A stretch of 64,000 bases of DNA, from positions 4,751 to 68,750 of the forward strand of contig JAGWUP010000008.1 in assembly GCA_028868375.1 (NCBI GenBank). The letters run 5' to 3'. The notes under the pieces were generated by a model that made no database searches, was not told where the DNA came from, and saw only the letters and a program-made list of their open reading frames with translations. How positions within the stretch are numbered: position 1 is the first letter of the stretch; each line of letters opens with the position of its first letter. Below are positions 33,636 through 42,695 of this stretch, piece by piece. The stretch comes from Elusimicrobiota bacterium (GTDB taxonomy: Bacteria > Elusimicrobiota > Elusimicrobia > UBA1565 > UBA9628). The translations under genes were made by a program, and so were the position numbers.

Positions 33636-34087
33636 CGCACGATCTTGACCGAGGCCTTGCGGCCGTCGATCTCCACGACCTCGCGGCTGGAGGAGTCCAG
33701 CTCCGGCTCGCCGTCCACGATAAAGAGGTAGCGCTGCCGCCCGCGCGGCAGGGGCAAGGTCAAGGTCCAGCGCCCGCCTGGGCCGCGGCGCATGGGCAGG
33801 GCGCGCGGGCTCCAGCCGTTGAAGTCGCCGACCAAGCCCACGCTCTTGGCGCGCGGCCGGCGCGCGGAGAAATCGACGAAGCTCAGGGAGGATTCCGGGG
33901 GCGGGCCGCTTGTATCGCGGTCTGGGATTAAGCGCACCCGAGTCGGCCGCAGGGCCGCGGCGTTCAGGCCGTCGACGGCGCGCTTATAGCGCGCCGCGGC
34001 CTTGAGCAGCAGGGTCGAGGGCGCCAGCAGTATCGCCAGGGCAACCGCGCCCGCGGCCCAGATCGCGGGCTTGTTGCGCTCATCCAC
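33632..34087 (-). CDS. membrane-anchored protein with a CBM48 / AMPK-beta glycogen-binding-like domain
   Basis: N-terminal TM (AIWAAGAVALAILLA). VGLVGDFNGWSP...RWTLTLPLPRGRQRYLFIVDGE matches the E-set/CBM48 fold signature. Confidence 0.55.
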   Translation of the reverse strand: MDERNKPAIWAAGAVALAILLAPSTLLLKAAARYKRAVDGLNAAALRPTRVRLIPDRDTSGPPPESSLSFVDFSARRPRAKSVGLVGDFNGWSPRALPMRRGPGGRWTLTLPLPRGRQRYLFIVDGEPELDSSSREVVEIDGRKASVKIVR

Positions 34088-34120
34088 GCTTGGATGGTAC
34101 CAAACTCCGGGCGCCGGGGT

Positions 34121-35458
34121 TTAGCGCGCCGCCCGCTTCAAGCGGGGATGTCTGCGCAGGAATTCCTTGGTGTCGCGCGCCACGAGCGGGTTTTCGCTGT
34201 TTCGATCGAGATTAAGATCGCGTCGCGTGGGGGCGGGCAATCGCCCCAGCAGCATGAGGGCCAGCGGCTTTTGCGCGGCCGCGCGGACCAGCGGATGGGT
34301 GACGGTGTATTTGCTCAGGATGCGAGCGGCGATCTTGGAGCGGTAGCTCTCGCGATCCCAGGATAGGGGGAAATACGTCGAACCTTGATAGAGGCGGCCC
34401 AGCAGCGCCATCTGGAGCTCATGATGAGCCTGGAAAGCGTAACGCTCCGTTAACAGGACTTCGAAATGAGCCTCGATCTCCCAGACGCCATCCTCCGCCC
34501 TGCGGATCAAGTTATCCTCCAAGTCGGGGGAAAGCCTGGACAGGGAGGCTCTCCAGCGCCGGGCCAGCCGCTCGATGTTTCGTTCCAGGAAGACTTGAAA
34601 GCGCACATGGGCCAGCTCATGGATCAGGACCAGGAAGCTGTCGATCTCGTCCGGCCGCTCCTCTCCATTGGCAATCAGCACCGTGTAGCGGCGCGTCGCC
34701 AGCGCGGCGTTAAACGCACTGCCAGCTTCTTGGTTGATTGTTTGGGCTGACATAGTCGAGAATTGCCTCAGGGGAGCTTCTTCCTCCGGGCGATGCATGC
34801 AGCCGAGTGATGAGTCGCGAAGCTTGAAAGAACGCCGGACCTCGGGCGTCAGATCCCGGACGTCGATGTCTTGCGCCAACGCCTTGACGAGCATTCGCTT
34901 GAGATGGGGCGGGGCGTCTTGGCGGCGCAGCAATTGGAGGGCCAGATCGCGCAGGCGCGGCACATTGGCGAGCTTTCGGGACACGAGAGCCTCTCCGTCG
35001 AAGTCGACGCGCGGCAGGGCTTGCCCGCCCCGGGAGGCCGCGGGGCCCGGGAATGCCGGCGCCAGCATCGCGTAGGCCGGCGCGGCAGGGGGGCCGGAAA
35101 GGCTTAGCGCCACGGGTAGAGCCGCCGGCAGAGCCAGCGACTGCATCGCTAGCGGCGATCGCGTCAGGGCCGCGAGGAATCCCGGGGCGGCAAGAGCCGG
35201 GTCGGGCCGCGCCCGGGCGCCGAGCGCCAGCTCTCCCGCGGCCGGCGAGCCGGGGGGAACAAGGGGAGCCTGCCAGGAGGCCGCCCGCGCCAAGGCGCAA
35301 AACAGCAGCGCGCGCGATAGTAGCACGGCCTTAAAATACCAGAAATGCCGCTCGGGGACCTGGGCCGTCCGGCCCCTCCGGCGGCGGTCTTTCGGCCCGG
35401 AAAATGTAGTAGGATGCGGGCATGAGCGCCGAAACCAAATCCCCGCTGAGAATCCCAC
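34121..35458 (-). CDS. HExxH-motif protein (putative zinc metallopeptidase-like); start uncertain
   Basis: LVLIHELAHVRF motif. A signal-like segment at about aa 45-62 suggests a later, non-ATG start. The ORF start overlaps divergent gdh by 37 nt. Confidence 0.45.
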   Translation of the reverse strand: MGFSAGIWFRRSCPHPTTFSGPKDRRRRGRTAQVPERHFWYFKAVLLSRALLFCALARAASWQAPLVPPGSPAAGELALGARARPDPALAAPGFLAALTRSPLAMQSLALPAALPVALSLSGPPAAPAYAMLAPAFPGPAASRGGQALPRVDFDGEALVSRKLANVPRLRDLALQLLRRQDAPPHLKRMLVKALAQDIDVRDLTPEVRRSFKLRDSSLGCMHRPEEEAPLRQFSTMSAQTINQEAGSAFNAALATRRYTVLIANGEERPDEIDSFLVLIHELAHVRFQVFLERNIERLARRWRASLSRLSPDLEDNLIRRAEDGVWEIEAHFEVLLTERYAFQAHHELQMALLGRLYQGSTYFPLSWDRESYRSKIAARILSKYTVTHPLVRAAAQKPLALMLLGRLPAPTRRDLNLDRNSENPLVARDTKEFLRRHPRLKRAAR

Positions 35459-36756
35459 CCATGATTCAAAAAACCGAGAAGCAACCCGCGTCGGCCGAGC
35501 GCAGGGAAGTCCTGGAGACCAACCCCTGGCACATGGCGATGCAGCAGCTCGATCGCGCCGGCACCAAGATGAACATGGAGCCCTTGGTGCTCGAGCGCCT
35601 GCGGCACTGCAAGCGCATCCTGACGGTGTCGGTGCCGGTGCGCATGGACGACGGGACGCTGCGGGTCTTCGAGGGCTACCGCATCCAGCACAACCTGGAC
35701 CGCGGGCCGGCCAAGGGCGGCATCCGCTTCCACCCGCAGGTCTCGCTCGACGAGGTCAAGGCCCTGGCCTTCTGGATGACGATGAAGTGCTCGGTGGTCA
35801 ACCTGCCCTACGGCGGGGCCAAGGGCGGCATCATCTGCGACCCCAAGAAGATGTCGATCGGGGAGCTGGAGCGCATGACGCGGCGCTACACCTCGGAGAT
35901 CTCGATCCTCATCGGCCCGGACAAGGACATCCCCGCTCCCGACGTCAACACCAACGAGCAGATCATGGGCTGGATCATGGACACCTACTCGATGACCATC
36001 GGTTATTCCTGCCCGGGCGTGGTCACCGGCAAGCCGATCGACGTCGGCGGCTCGCTGGGCCGGCGCGAGGCCACCGGTCGCGGGGTCTTCTACGTGACCC
36101 GCGAGCTGGCCTGCGCGCGCGGCTTCGACTTGCGCAAGGCCCCGGTGGCGATCCAGGGCTTCGGCAACGTCGGCTCCAACGCGGCCAAGGTCTTCGCCGA
36201 GCACGGCTGCAAGGTGGTCGGCATCTCCGACGTGGGCGGCGGGCTCTACGATCCGAAGGGCTTGGATATCGACGAGATCATGCTCTACCGCGCCAAGAAC
36301 GACACCATCGCCGACTATCCCAAGGCGGAGCACGTGGCGGCGGACAAGTTCGTGGAGCTGCCCTGCGAGATCCTCGTTCCCGCCGCGATGGAGAACACGA
36401 TCACCGCGGAGAACGCGCCGCGCGTCAAGGCCAAGTACATCGTCGAGGGCGCCAACGGCCCGACGACCAACGAGGCCGACCGCGTGCTCAATCAACGCGG
36501 CGTCGTCGTGGTCCCGGACATCCTCGCCAACGCCGGGGGCGTGACGGTCTCCTATTTCGAGTGGGTGCAGGACATCCAGTCCTTCTTCTGGAGCGAGAAG
36601 GAGATCAACGCGCGGCTGCAGGACATCATCGTCAAGGCCTTCCGCGAGGTCGAGGAGGTGGCCCAGCGCGAGAAGGTGGACCTGCGCCTGGCCGCCTTCA
36701 TGGTGGGGCTGACGCGCCTGGCCAAGGCCGTCCGCATCCGCGGCACCTTCCCTTAA
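35422..36756 (+). CDS. gdh: glutamate dehydrogenase (Glu/Leu/Phe/Val dehydrogenase family, RocG/GudB-like)
   Basis: KGGIRFHP, LPYGGAKGGIICDP, and a Rossmann-type GFGNVGSNAA motif. Confidence 0.9.
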   Translation: MSAETKSPLRIPPMIQKTEKQPASAERREVLETNPWHMAMQQLDRAGTKMNMEPLVLERLRHCKRILTVSVPVRMDDGTLRVFEGYRIQHNLDRGPAKGGIRFHPQVSLDEVKALAFWMTMKCSVVNLPYGGAKGGIICDPKKMSIGELERMTRRYTSEISILIGPDKDIPAPDVNTNEQIMGWIMDTYSMTIGYSCPGVVTGKPIDVGGSLGRREATGRGVFYVTRELACARGFDLRKAPVAIQGFGNVGSNAAKVFAEHGCKVVGISDVGGGLYDPKGLDIDEIMLYRAKNDTIADYPKAEHVAADKFVELPCEILVPAAMENTITAENAPRVKAKYIVEGANGPTTNEADRVLNQRGVVVVPDILANAGGVTVSYFEWVQDIQSFFWSEKEINARLQDIIVKAFREVEEVAQREKVDLRLAAFMVGLTRLAKAVRIRGTFP

Positions 36757-36789
36757 ACTGAAATCTAGGGTCTGACCCTAGATTTCAGT
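36757..36789. promoter_or_regulatory. perfect 33-bp palindrome (16-bp arms, 1-nt centre) filling the gdh-glxK gap; operator or terminator-like
   Basis: actgaaatctagggtc t gaccctagatttcagt. Starts right after the gdh TAA and ends 5 nt before the glxK ATG. AT-richer than its context. Contains CTAGGG. Confidence 0.5.
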
Positions 36790-36794
36790 ATGCG

Positions 36795-37913
36795 ATGCGG
36801 GTTTTAGTCGCTCCCAACGCCTTCAAGGGCAGCCTGACCGTGCTCGCGGCGGCGCGGGCCTTTTCGCGCGGAGCGCGGAGCGCCCAGCCCCGCGCCAACG
36901 TGGATCTCATGCCCATCGCCGACGGCGGCGACGGGGTCATGGACTGCCTCCTGGCCGCCAAGGGGGGAAGGCGGGTTTACGCGACGGTGCGCGGCCCCCT
37001 GGGCCGTCCGACGCGCGCGCCGCTGGCGCTCTTGAGCGACGGCTCGGCCTGCGTGGAGCTGGCCCGCGCCTCGGGGCTGGCGCTTCTGGCGGGCGCGCCG
37101 CCGCGGGTGATGAGCGCCACCTCCTACGGCACCGGAGAGCTGATCGCGGCCGCGCTCTCGCGCGGGGCGCGGAGGGTGATCGTGGGCTTGGGCGGCAGCG
37201 CCAGCTCGGACGGCGGGGCGGGCCTGGCCCAGGCCCTGGGCGCGCGGCTGCTCGACGAGGCGGGGCGGGAGCTGGGGCCGGGGGCGGCGCAGCTCTCAAG
37301 CTTGTCTTACGTCGACGCCGAGGCCTTGCGCCGGCGCCTGGCCGGAGTCGAGATCCTGGCGGTCACCGACGTCGACAATCCGCTGCTGGGGCCTTTGGGC
37401 TCGGCGCGCGTCTACGGGCCTCAGAAGGGAGCCAGCCCGGCGCAGGTCGCCGCGCTGGAGCGCGCGCTGAAGCGCTACGCCGGCATCCTGCGCCGCGATC
37501 TGGGGGTCTCGGTGGCCTACAGCCCCGGAGCCGGGGCCGCCGGCGGTTGCGGCGCCGGGCTTTTGGCCTTCTTGCGCGCCCGCGTCGTCCGGGGAGCGGC
37601 CTTCGTGCTTAAGGCCTGCGAGGCCGAGCGCCGGGTCGCCCGCGCCGACCTCGTGCTGACCGGCGAGGGCAGGCTGGACCGAACGAGCTTCTACGGCAAG
37701 GCCCCCATCGAGCTGGCCCGCCTGGCGCGGCGCCTGGGAACGCCCGTGGCCATGGTCTGCGGCTCCATAGAGCCTTCCTGCCGGCCGCGCCTTGCACGGC
37801 TCGGGGTGCGCCGCGCGGTCGCGCTCTCGGAGGCCGGCGCCACGCCGGAGGGCTCGCTGCGCGATGCGGCGCGTTGGGCCGCGCGGGCGGCCGCGTTGGC
37901 CTGCTCCGGTTGA
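36795..37913 (+). CDS. glxK: glycerate kinase (GarK/GlxK family)
   Basis: MRVLVAPNAFKGSLT, PIADGGDG, and C-terminal GKAP motifs. Confidence 0.8.
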   Translation: MRVLVAPNAFKGSLTVLAAARAFSRGARSAQPRANVDLMPIADGGDGVMDCLLAAKGGRRVYATVRGPLGRPTRAPLALLSDGSACVELARASGLALLAGAPPRVMSATSYGTGELIAAALSRGARRVIVGLGGSASSDGGAGLAQALGARLLDEAGRELGPGAAQLSSLSYVDAEALRRRLAGVEILAVTDVDNPLLGPLGSARVYGPQKGASPAQVAALERALKRYAGILRRDLGVSVAYSPGAGAAGGCGAGLLAFLRARVVRGAAFVLKACEAERRVARADLVLTGEGRLDRTSFYGKAPIELARLARRLGTPVAMVCGSIEPSCRPRLARLGVRRAVALSEAGATPEGSLRDAARWAARAAALACSG

Positions 37914-37920
37914 CGCCGGC

Positions 37921-38475
37921 TTAAAGCTGGTAGCGCGTGCCGATGAGCTCCAGCTCGTCGGCCACTTCCCGGAGGCGGGCGCGCTCTTCTTCGCCGGCGG
38001 CTTGGGCGCCGGCGGCCTTAAGCTTTTCCAGGGCGCGCGCGAGGCGGTCGCGGTCCTCCTGCAGCAGGGAGCGCAGGCCTTCCTGCATCTGCGCGAACTC
38101 GCGCACGAGCTCCTGGTGCGTGTCGGTGGAGCGGATGCGGGGGGACAGGGACAAATTGCCTTGCTTAAGCCGAGCCATCGCGGCCGAGAGCACGCGCAGG
38201 GGGCCGGCGAAGCGATGGGACCAGACCAGCGTCAGCAGCCCGGAGGCCAGGATGGCCAGGCAGGAGGAGAGGATCAGCGGGCCGCGCATCGTCTCGCGCA
38301 CCCAGTCCAGGGAGTGGACGATCGTGTGCTCCCGGAGCGAGGCCATCGACAGGGCCCGCGTGATGCTGAAGCTGACCAAGAGCAGGCTGGCCGCCACCAG
38401 GGCCAGGACGTAGCCCAGCATCCGCAGCTGAAGCGGAGCGTCGATCCAGAAGTGCTTTCGTTTGTAATGCGCCAA
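37921..38475 (-). CDS. membrane protein with a HAMP-like domain and coiled coil, no output domain
   Basis: Two TM helices followed by RFAGPLRVLSAAMARLKQGNLSLSPRI (HAMP-like). TTG start. Last gene of the pan operon strand. Confidence 0.45.
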   Translation of the reverse strand: MAHYKRKHFWIDAPLQLRMLGYVLALVAASLLLVSFSITRALSMASLREHTIVHSLDWVRETMRGPLILSSCLAILASGLLTLVWSHRFAGPLRVLSAAMARLKQGNLSLSPRIRSTDTHQELVREFAQMQEGLRSLLQEDRDRLARALEKLKAAGAQAAGEEERARLREVADELELIGTRYQL

Positions 38476-38486
38476 CCGCCGCTATC

Positions 38487-39338
38487 CTAATTAAACACGG
38501 GGATATTGTCAATCAGGCGGGTCTTGCCCAACCATACGGCCGCCAGCAGGCGCAGGCGGCCGCGCGCGCGCTCGGCCGGCCGCAGGGTGCGGGCGTCGAC
38601 CAGCTCGACGTAGTCCACCCGGGCCTGCGGGATGGAGGCCAGGATGCGGGCCCTGGCGCGGCGCTCCACCGCTTTCGGGCTGGCGCCGCCGCGGGCCAGG
38701 CCGCGCGCCGCAACGAGGGCCGCGTGGATGGCGGGGGCCAGGGCGCGCTCTCGCGGCGAGAGGTAGGCGTTGCGGGAGGAGAGGGCCAGGCCGTCCGGCT
38801 GCCGCGCGGTCGGGCAGCCGACGATGGCGACGCCGAGGTCCAGGTCGCTGGCCATGCGGCGCACCAGCGTCAATTGCTGGTAATCCTTCTCGCCGAAATA
38901 GGCGCGCTCGGGCCGGGTCGTCTCCAGGAGCTTGAGCACCACGGTGGCCACGCCGCGGAAATGCCCGGGGCGGAATTTCCCCTCGAGGCGCTCGGAGAGG
39001 CCGGAGACCTGGACGGCGGTGGAGAATCCCTCCGGATAGACCTGGGAGACGCCGGGGTGATAGACGGCGTCGGCGCCGCAGCGGCGGCAGAGCGCCAGGT
39101 CCCGGGAGAGGGCGCGCGGGTAGCGCGCGTAGTCCTCCCCGGGCCCGAACTGCGCGGGGTTGACGAAGATGGAGACGACGACCCGGTCGTTGCCGCGGCG
39201 GGCGCGGCGGATGAGCGAGGCATGGCCCTCGTGCAGGGCGCCCATGGTCGGCACCAAGCCGATCGAGAGGCCCTGCTCGCGCCAGCGGCGGACCAGCTCC
39301 GACATCCGGCGCCGCCGCGTGCAGAGGAGGAGGCTCAT
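38487..39338 (-). CDS. panC: pantoate--beta-alanine ligase
   Basis: GLVPTMGALHEGHASLIRRAR. The ATG at 39338 overlaps the upstream stop (ATGA). The ORF-track N-extension to 39413 is probably not translated. Confidence 0.85.
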   Translation of the reverse strand: MSLLLCTRRRRMSELVRRWREQGLSIGLVPTMGALHEGHASLIRRARRGNDRVVVSIFVNPAQFGPGEDYARYPRALSRDLALCRRCGADAVYHPGVSQVYPEGFSTAVQVSGLSERLEGKFRPGHFRGVATVVLKLLETTRPERAYFGEKDYQQLTLVRRMASDLDLGVAIVGCPTARQPDGLALSSRNAYLSPRERALAPAIHAALVAARGLARGGASPKAVERRARARILASIPQARVDYVELVDARTLRPAERARGRLRLLAAVWLGKTRLIDNIPVFN

Positions 39339-40228
39339 GCCGCGGCCGCCAGATGTCGTCGAAAGAAGCCCGCCACGCGCGCCTCGTACTCCAGCCCCGC
39401 GACCTGCCGGCACTTTCCGTGGGAGGCCCCGTGGATGACCCAGAGGGATTTAGGCTCCTTGGCCAGGGCAAAGAGGGCGCGCACGTCCCATTCCGGCATC
39501 AGGATGTCCTCGCTGCCGGCGATCATCAGCACCGGCCGGGGGGAGAGCTCGGAGACGAAGCGCCTCGGGCTGTAGCTGTCCACCTTCGAGGTGCCCACCC
39601 GCGCGCGCAGGAACAGCAGGGACAGCTTGACCAGCGGGAAGTACGGCAGGTGGAAGTGGTTCCAGGCGTATTGGCGCACGACTCGGCGGTAGTCGGTGAA
39701 GGGGCTCTCCAGCACGACGGCCTTGACCTCTGGATGCTTGGGCACGGCCATGCAGGCCACCGCGGCCCCCATCGAGAAGCCGAACACCCCCAGGCGCCGG
39801 GCATGATCCGGCTTGGCTTGCGCGAGGAAGCGTATCGCCGCCTCGAAGTCGAGCGTCTCCAGGTAGCCGATCGTCGTGATCTCTCCCTCGCTGTCGCCGT
39901 GCGAGCGGCTGTCGAAATAGAGGAGGTTGAAGCCCGCCTCGTGAAGGAACGCGGTCTCGCGCAGCAGCTCGCCCTTGTTGTCGCCCCAGCCGTGGCACAA
40001 GAGAAGGGTGCGGCGCTCCGCAGGCTCCGGGGCCGCAATCCACCAGCCCTTCAAGGTCAAGCCGTCGCTGGTCTTGAACTGGATGCGCTCATGGGGCAGT
40101 CCGAACTGCTCCGGAAACACCGTCAGGCGGGACATGGCGGGGGGATGCAGGATCACGCCGGCTCCCCAATAGCAGAAGAAGACGACCGTGACGACGAGGA
40201 CGAGCAGGGAAAGGGCCCAGGGAGTCAC
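39335..40228 (-). CDS. alpha/beta-hydrolase fold protein with N-terminal TM anchor, inserted between panB and panC
   Basis: GFSMG nucleophile elbow and HGWGDNKGE. TM WALSLLVLVVTVVFFCYWG. A GTG start at 40228 overlaps the panB TGA (GTGA). Confidence 0.65.
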   Translation of the reverse strand: MTPWALSLLVLVVTVVFFCYWGAGVILHPPAMSRLTVFPEQFGLPHERIQFKTSDGLTLKGWWIAAPEPAERRTLLLCHGWGDNKGELLRETAFLHEAGFNLLYFDSRSHGDSEGEITTIGYLETLDFEAAIRFLAQAKPDHARRLGVFGFSMGAAVACMAVPKHPEVKAVVLESPFTDYRRVVRQYAWNHFHLPYFPLVKLSLLFLRARVGTSKVDSYSPRRFVSELSPRPVLMIAGSEDILMPEWDVRALFALAKEPKSLWVIHGASHGKCRQVAGLEYEARVAGFFRRHLAAAA

Positions 40229-41085
40229 GCGCTGGCTTCGGGAGCCTGCGCGAAGGAGTGCTCCCGGCCGGGGAAGCTTCCGTTTCGGACCTCGCGGCAA
40301 TACTCTTGGACTGCCTCCCGCATCTGGCCGCGCAGCTCCGCGTAGCGCTTGACGAAGGTCAGGCTGGCCTCCGTCATGCCCAGCATGTCGTCTACGACCA
40401 GAATCTGGCCGTCGCAGTCCGGCCCCGCCCCGATGCCGATCGTGGGGATCCCGATCTTCTTGGTGATCTCTCCCGCCAGCTTGGCCGGCACGCACTCCAG
40501 CACCAGCGCGAACGCCCCCGCCGCCTCGAGGATGCGGGCGTCGGTGAGCAGCTTCTCGGCTTCCTGGGGCTTGCGGCCCTGGACCTTGTAGCCGCCCAGG
40601 CGCAGCACGCTCTGGGGGGTCAAGCCCAGATGGGCCATGACCGGGATGTTCACGCGGACCAGCTCCTTGACGACCGGGGCGATCTCGATGCCGCCCTCCA
40701 GCTTCACCGCCCCCGCGCCGCCTTCCTTTATATAGCGGCCAGCCTGGCGCAGGGCTTCCTTAGCGTCGATCTCGTAGGAGAGAAAGGGCATGTCGGCCAC
40801 CAGCAGGGCGCGGCCGTTGCCGCGCTTGACCGCCTTGAGGTGGTGGAGGACCTCCTCGACGGTGACCGGGAGGGTGCTCTCGTAGCCCAGCTTGACCATG
40901 CCGACGGAGTCGCCGACCAGGATGACGTCGACTCCGGCCTCGTTGAGGAGGGCGGCGGTCGGCGCGTCGTAGGCCGTCAGCGCCGTGATCCTGTGCCCCT
41001 TGCGCTTCATGTCGAGGAGCTTGGTCGTGGAGACCGCGGCGGCTTTCTGCGGGGCGTTATAAGGCATCGGCGAAGATTCTAACAC
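40225..41085 (-). CDS. panB: 3-methyl-2-oxobutanoate hydroxymethyltransferase
   Basis: RITALTAYDAPTA...ILVGDSVGMV...GAVKLEGG family motifs. Confidence 0.9.
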   Translation of the reverse strand: MLESSPMPYNAPQKAAAVSTTKLLDMKRKGHRITALTAYDAPTAALLNEAGVDVILVGDSVGMVKLGYESTLPVTVEEVLHHLKAVKRGNGRALLVADMPFLSYEIDAKEALRQAGRYIKEGGAGAVKLEGGIEIAPVVKELVRVNIPVMAHLGLTPQSVLRLGGYKVQGRKPQEAEKLLTDARILEAAGAFALVLECVPAKLAGEITKKIGIPTIGIGAGPDCDGQILVVDDMLGMTEASLTFVKRYAELRGQMREAVQEYCREVRNGSFPGREHSFAQAPEASA

Positions 41086-41551
41086 TTGAGGCGGGCGGCT
41101 TCAAAACGGCCAGGCGCGATGCCGCCGTGCCCCCGCCGGGCAGGCGCAGGGAGGGGGCGATGTCGCGGAGGGGCGCCAGGGCGAAGGCCCTCTGGCATAG
41201 GCGCCGATGCGGCAGCGTCAGCCAGGGGCCGGAAAGACGGCGCGAGCCGAAGGCCAGGATGTCGATGTCCAGCGGCCGCGCGGCCCAGCGCCTGCCGGCT
41301 CGCCTGCCGGCCAGGGCCTCCAGCCTCTTGCATTCGACCAGCAGGCCCATGGGCGAGAGTGACGTTCTCAGCGCGAGGGCGGCGTTGAGATAGGGGCGCC
41401 GGCTGGGGCCGACGGGGGCCGTCTCGTAGACGCGAGAGCGCCTCAACAGCCGCGAGCCCGGCAGGGCCGCCAAGGCGCGCTTGGCCCAACGCAAGCGCCG
41501 CAGGCGCTGGCCCTTGTTGCCGCCCAACAATAATAGCGCCGTCTCGGCCAT
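41057..41551 (-). CDS. folK: 2-amino-4-hydroxy-6-hydroxymethyldihydropteridine pyrophosphokinase
   Basis: LLLGGN...VYETAPVGP...LDIDILAFG motifs. 29-nt overlap with the panB start. Confidence 0.8.
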   Translation of the reverse strand: MAETALLLLGGNKGQRLRRLRWAKRALAALPGSRLLRRSRVYETAPVGPSRRPYLNAALALRTSLSPMGLLVECKRLEALAGRRAGRRWAARPLDIDILAFGSRRLSGPWLTLPHRRLCQRAFALAPLRDIAPSLRLPGGGTAASRLAVLKPPASSVRIFADAL

Positions 41552-41560
41552 CCAGGATTC

Positions 41561-41935
41561 CTAGCGCTTGGCGCGGCAGCGCCGGTCGGCGTCGCGGTAG
41601 AGGCGATGCAGCGCCCAGACGAGGAGCGCGCAGAGCGCCAGCGCCCCCAGGTTGCCCAGCCAACCCTCGAAGACGCCGTGATCCCAAGGGCCGCGCCAGC
41701 CGAAGTCGGCCGTGGTTTTCAAGCCCAGCAGGACTTGAAGTCCGGGCCCCAGCTTGACGAACAGCCCGCCCTCGAAGACCAGCAGGGTCCAGAGCAGCCA
41801 ATAGAGGGCTCCGACGGCGGTCAGGGTCAGCAGGAGGGCCGCCCCGAGATGGACGGGATCGTAGGCCGGCTCGCCCGGGTCGTCCTCGGCGTCGAAGGCG
41901 TCCCAAAGCTCGCGCAGCGTACGGGAAAGCCTCAT
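41561..41935 (-). CDS. small membrane protein (~124 aa), hypothetical
   Basis: The C-terminal part of the 446-aa track ORF begins at MRLSRTL with an ATGA overlap to the dapB stop. Three hydrophobic helices. Confidence 0.4.
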   Translation of the reverse strand: MRLSRTLRELWDAFDAEDDPGEPAYDPVHLGAALLLTLTAVGALYWLLWTLLVFEGGLFVKLGPGLQVLLGLKTTADFGWRGPWDHGVFEGWLGNLGALALCALLVWALHRLYRDADRRCRAKR

Positions 41936-42630
41936 CGCGGCGGGACTCCAAGCAGGTCGTCCATCCCGTAGAGGCCGGGCTTGCGCTCCCGAATCCATAG
42001 CGCCGCCTCCAGCGCGCCGCGCGCGAAGGCGGCGCGGGATTGGGCGCGGTGCGTCAGCTCCAGGCGCTCGAAGGCCCCGGCCAGGGTCAAGGTGTGCTCG
42101 CCGACGGCGCCGCCCAGGCGCTGGGAGACGATGGGGACCTGCGCGCCGTCCGAACGCCCCAGCGCGACGGCACGGCGCAGCGCCAGCGCCGTGCCGGAGG
42201 GTGCGTCCCGCTTGGCGCAGTGGTGCAGCTCGAAGATTCCGGCCTCGAAGTCGGGCAGCAGGCGGGCGGCCTGCTCGGCCAAGCGGCGCAATAGCGCCAC
42301 GCCGCGGCTGAAGTTGGGGGCGAGGAAAACGGCCGTGCCCGCGGCGGCCCGGCGCAGGCGCCGCGACTGCTCCCGGGAAAATCCGGTCGTGCCTATGACG
42401 ACCGGGCGGCCGATCGCGGCCGCGGCTTCGAGCAGCCGCAGGCTGGCTTGCGGGGTCGAGAAATCGACGGCGACGTCGGCCTTGGCCAGCGCCGAGGCCA
42501 GCGTGCGCGCGCTTGAGCCGCGCTCGATGCCGGCGACGAGCTCGAAGCGGGAATCGCCGCGCGAGAGCTTCGCCACGCAGGAGCCCATGCGGCCGCGCGC
42601 GCCGCAGAGGACCAGACGCGTTTTCGCCAC
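41932..42630 (-). CDS. dapB: 4-hydroxy-tetrahydrodipicolinate reductase
   Basis: RLVLCGARGRMG Rossmann motif, then VVIGTTGFS and ELHHCAKRDAPSGTA motifs. GTG start. Confidence 0.85.
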   Translation of the reverse strand: MAKTRLVLCGARGRMGSCVAKLSRGDSRFELVAGIERGSSARTLASALAKADVAVDFSTPQASLRLLEAAAAIGRPVVIGTTGFSREQSRRLRRAAAGTAVFLAPNFSRGVALLRRLAEQAARLLPDFEAGIFELHHCAKRDAPSGTALALRRAVALGRSDGAQVPIVSQRLGGAVGEHTLTLAGAFERLELTHRAQSRAAFARGALEAALWIRERKPGLYGMDDLLGVPPR

Positions 42631-42695
42631 GTTCCGATGATACTAAAAAGGAGTATAATCCTCTTAATCTGCCCACCGCCCCGCCACTGGAATCC

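Noticed and set aside
39339-39413. 25-codon N-terminal extension of panC (and similar N-extensions of 42513-42695 and 14280-14354)
   Set aside because: These extensions overlap upstream genes or IR elements and are basic low-complexity. Internal ATG/GTG starts with start-stop overlaps fit the homologs better.
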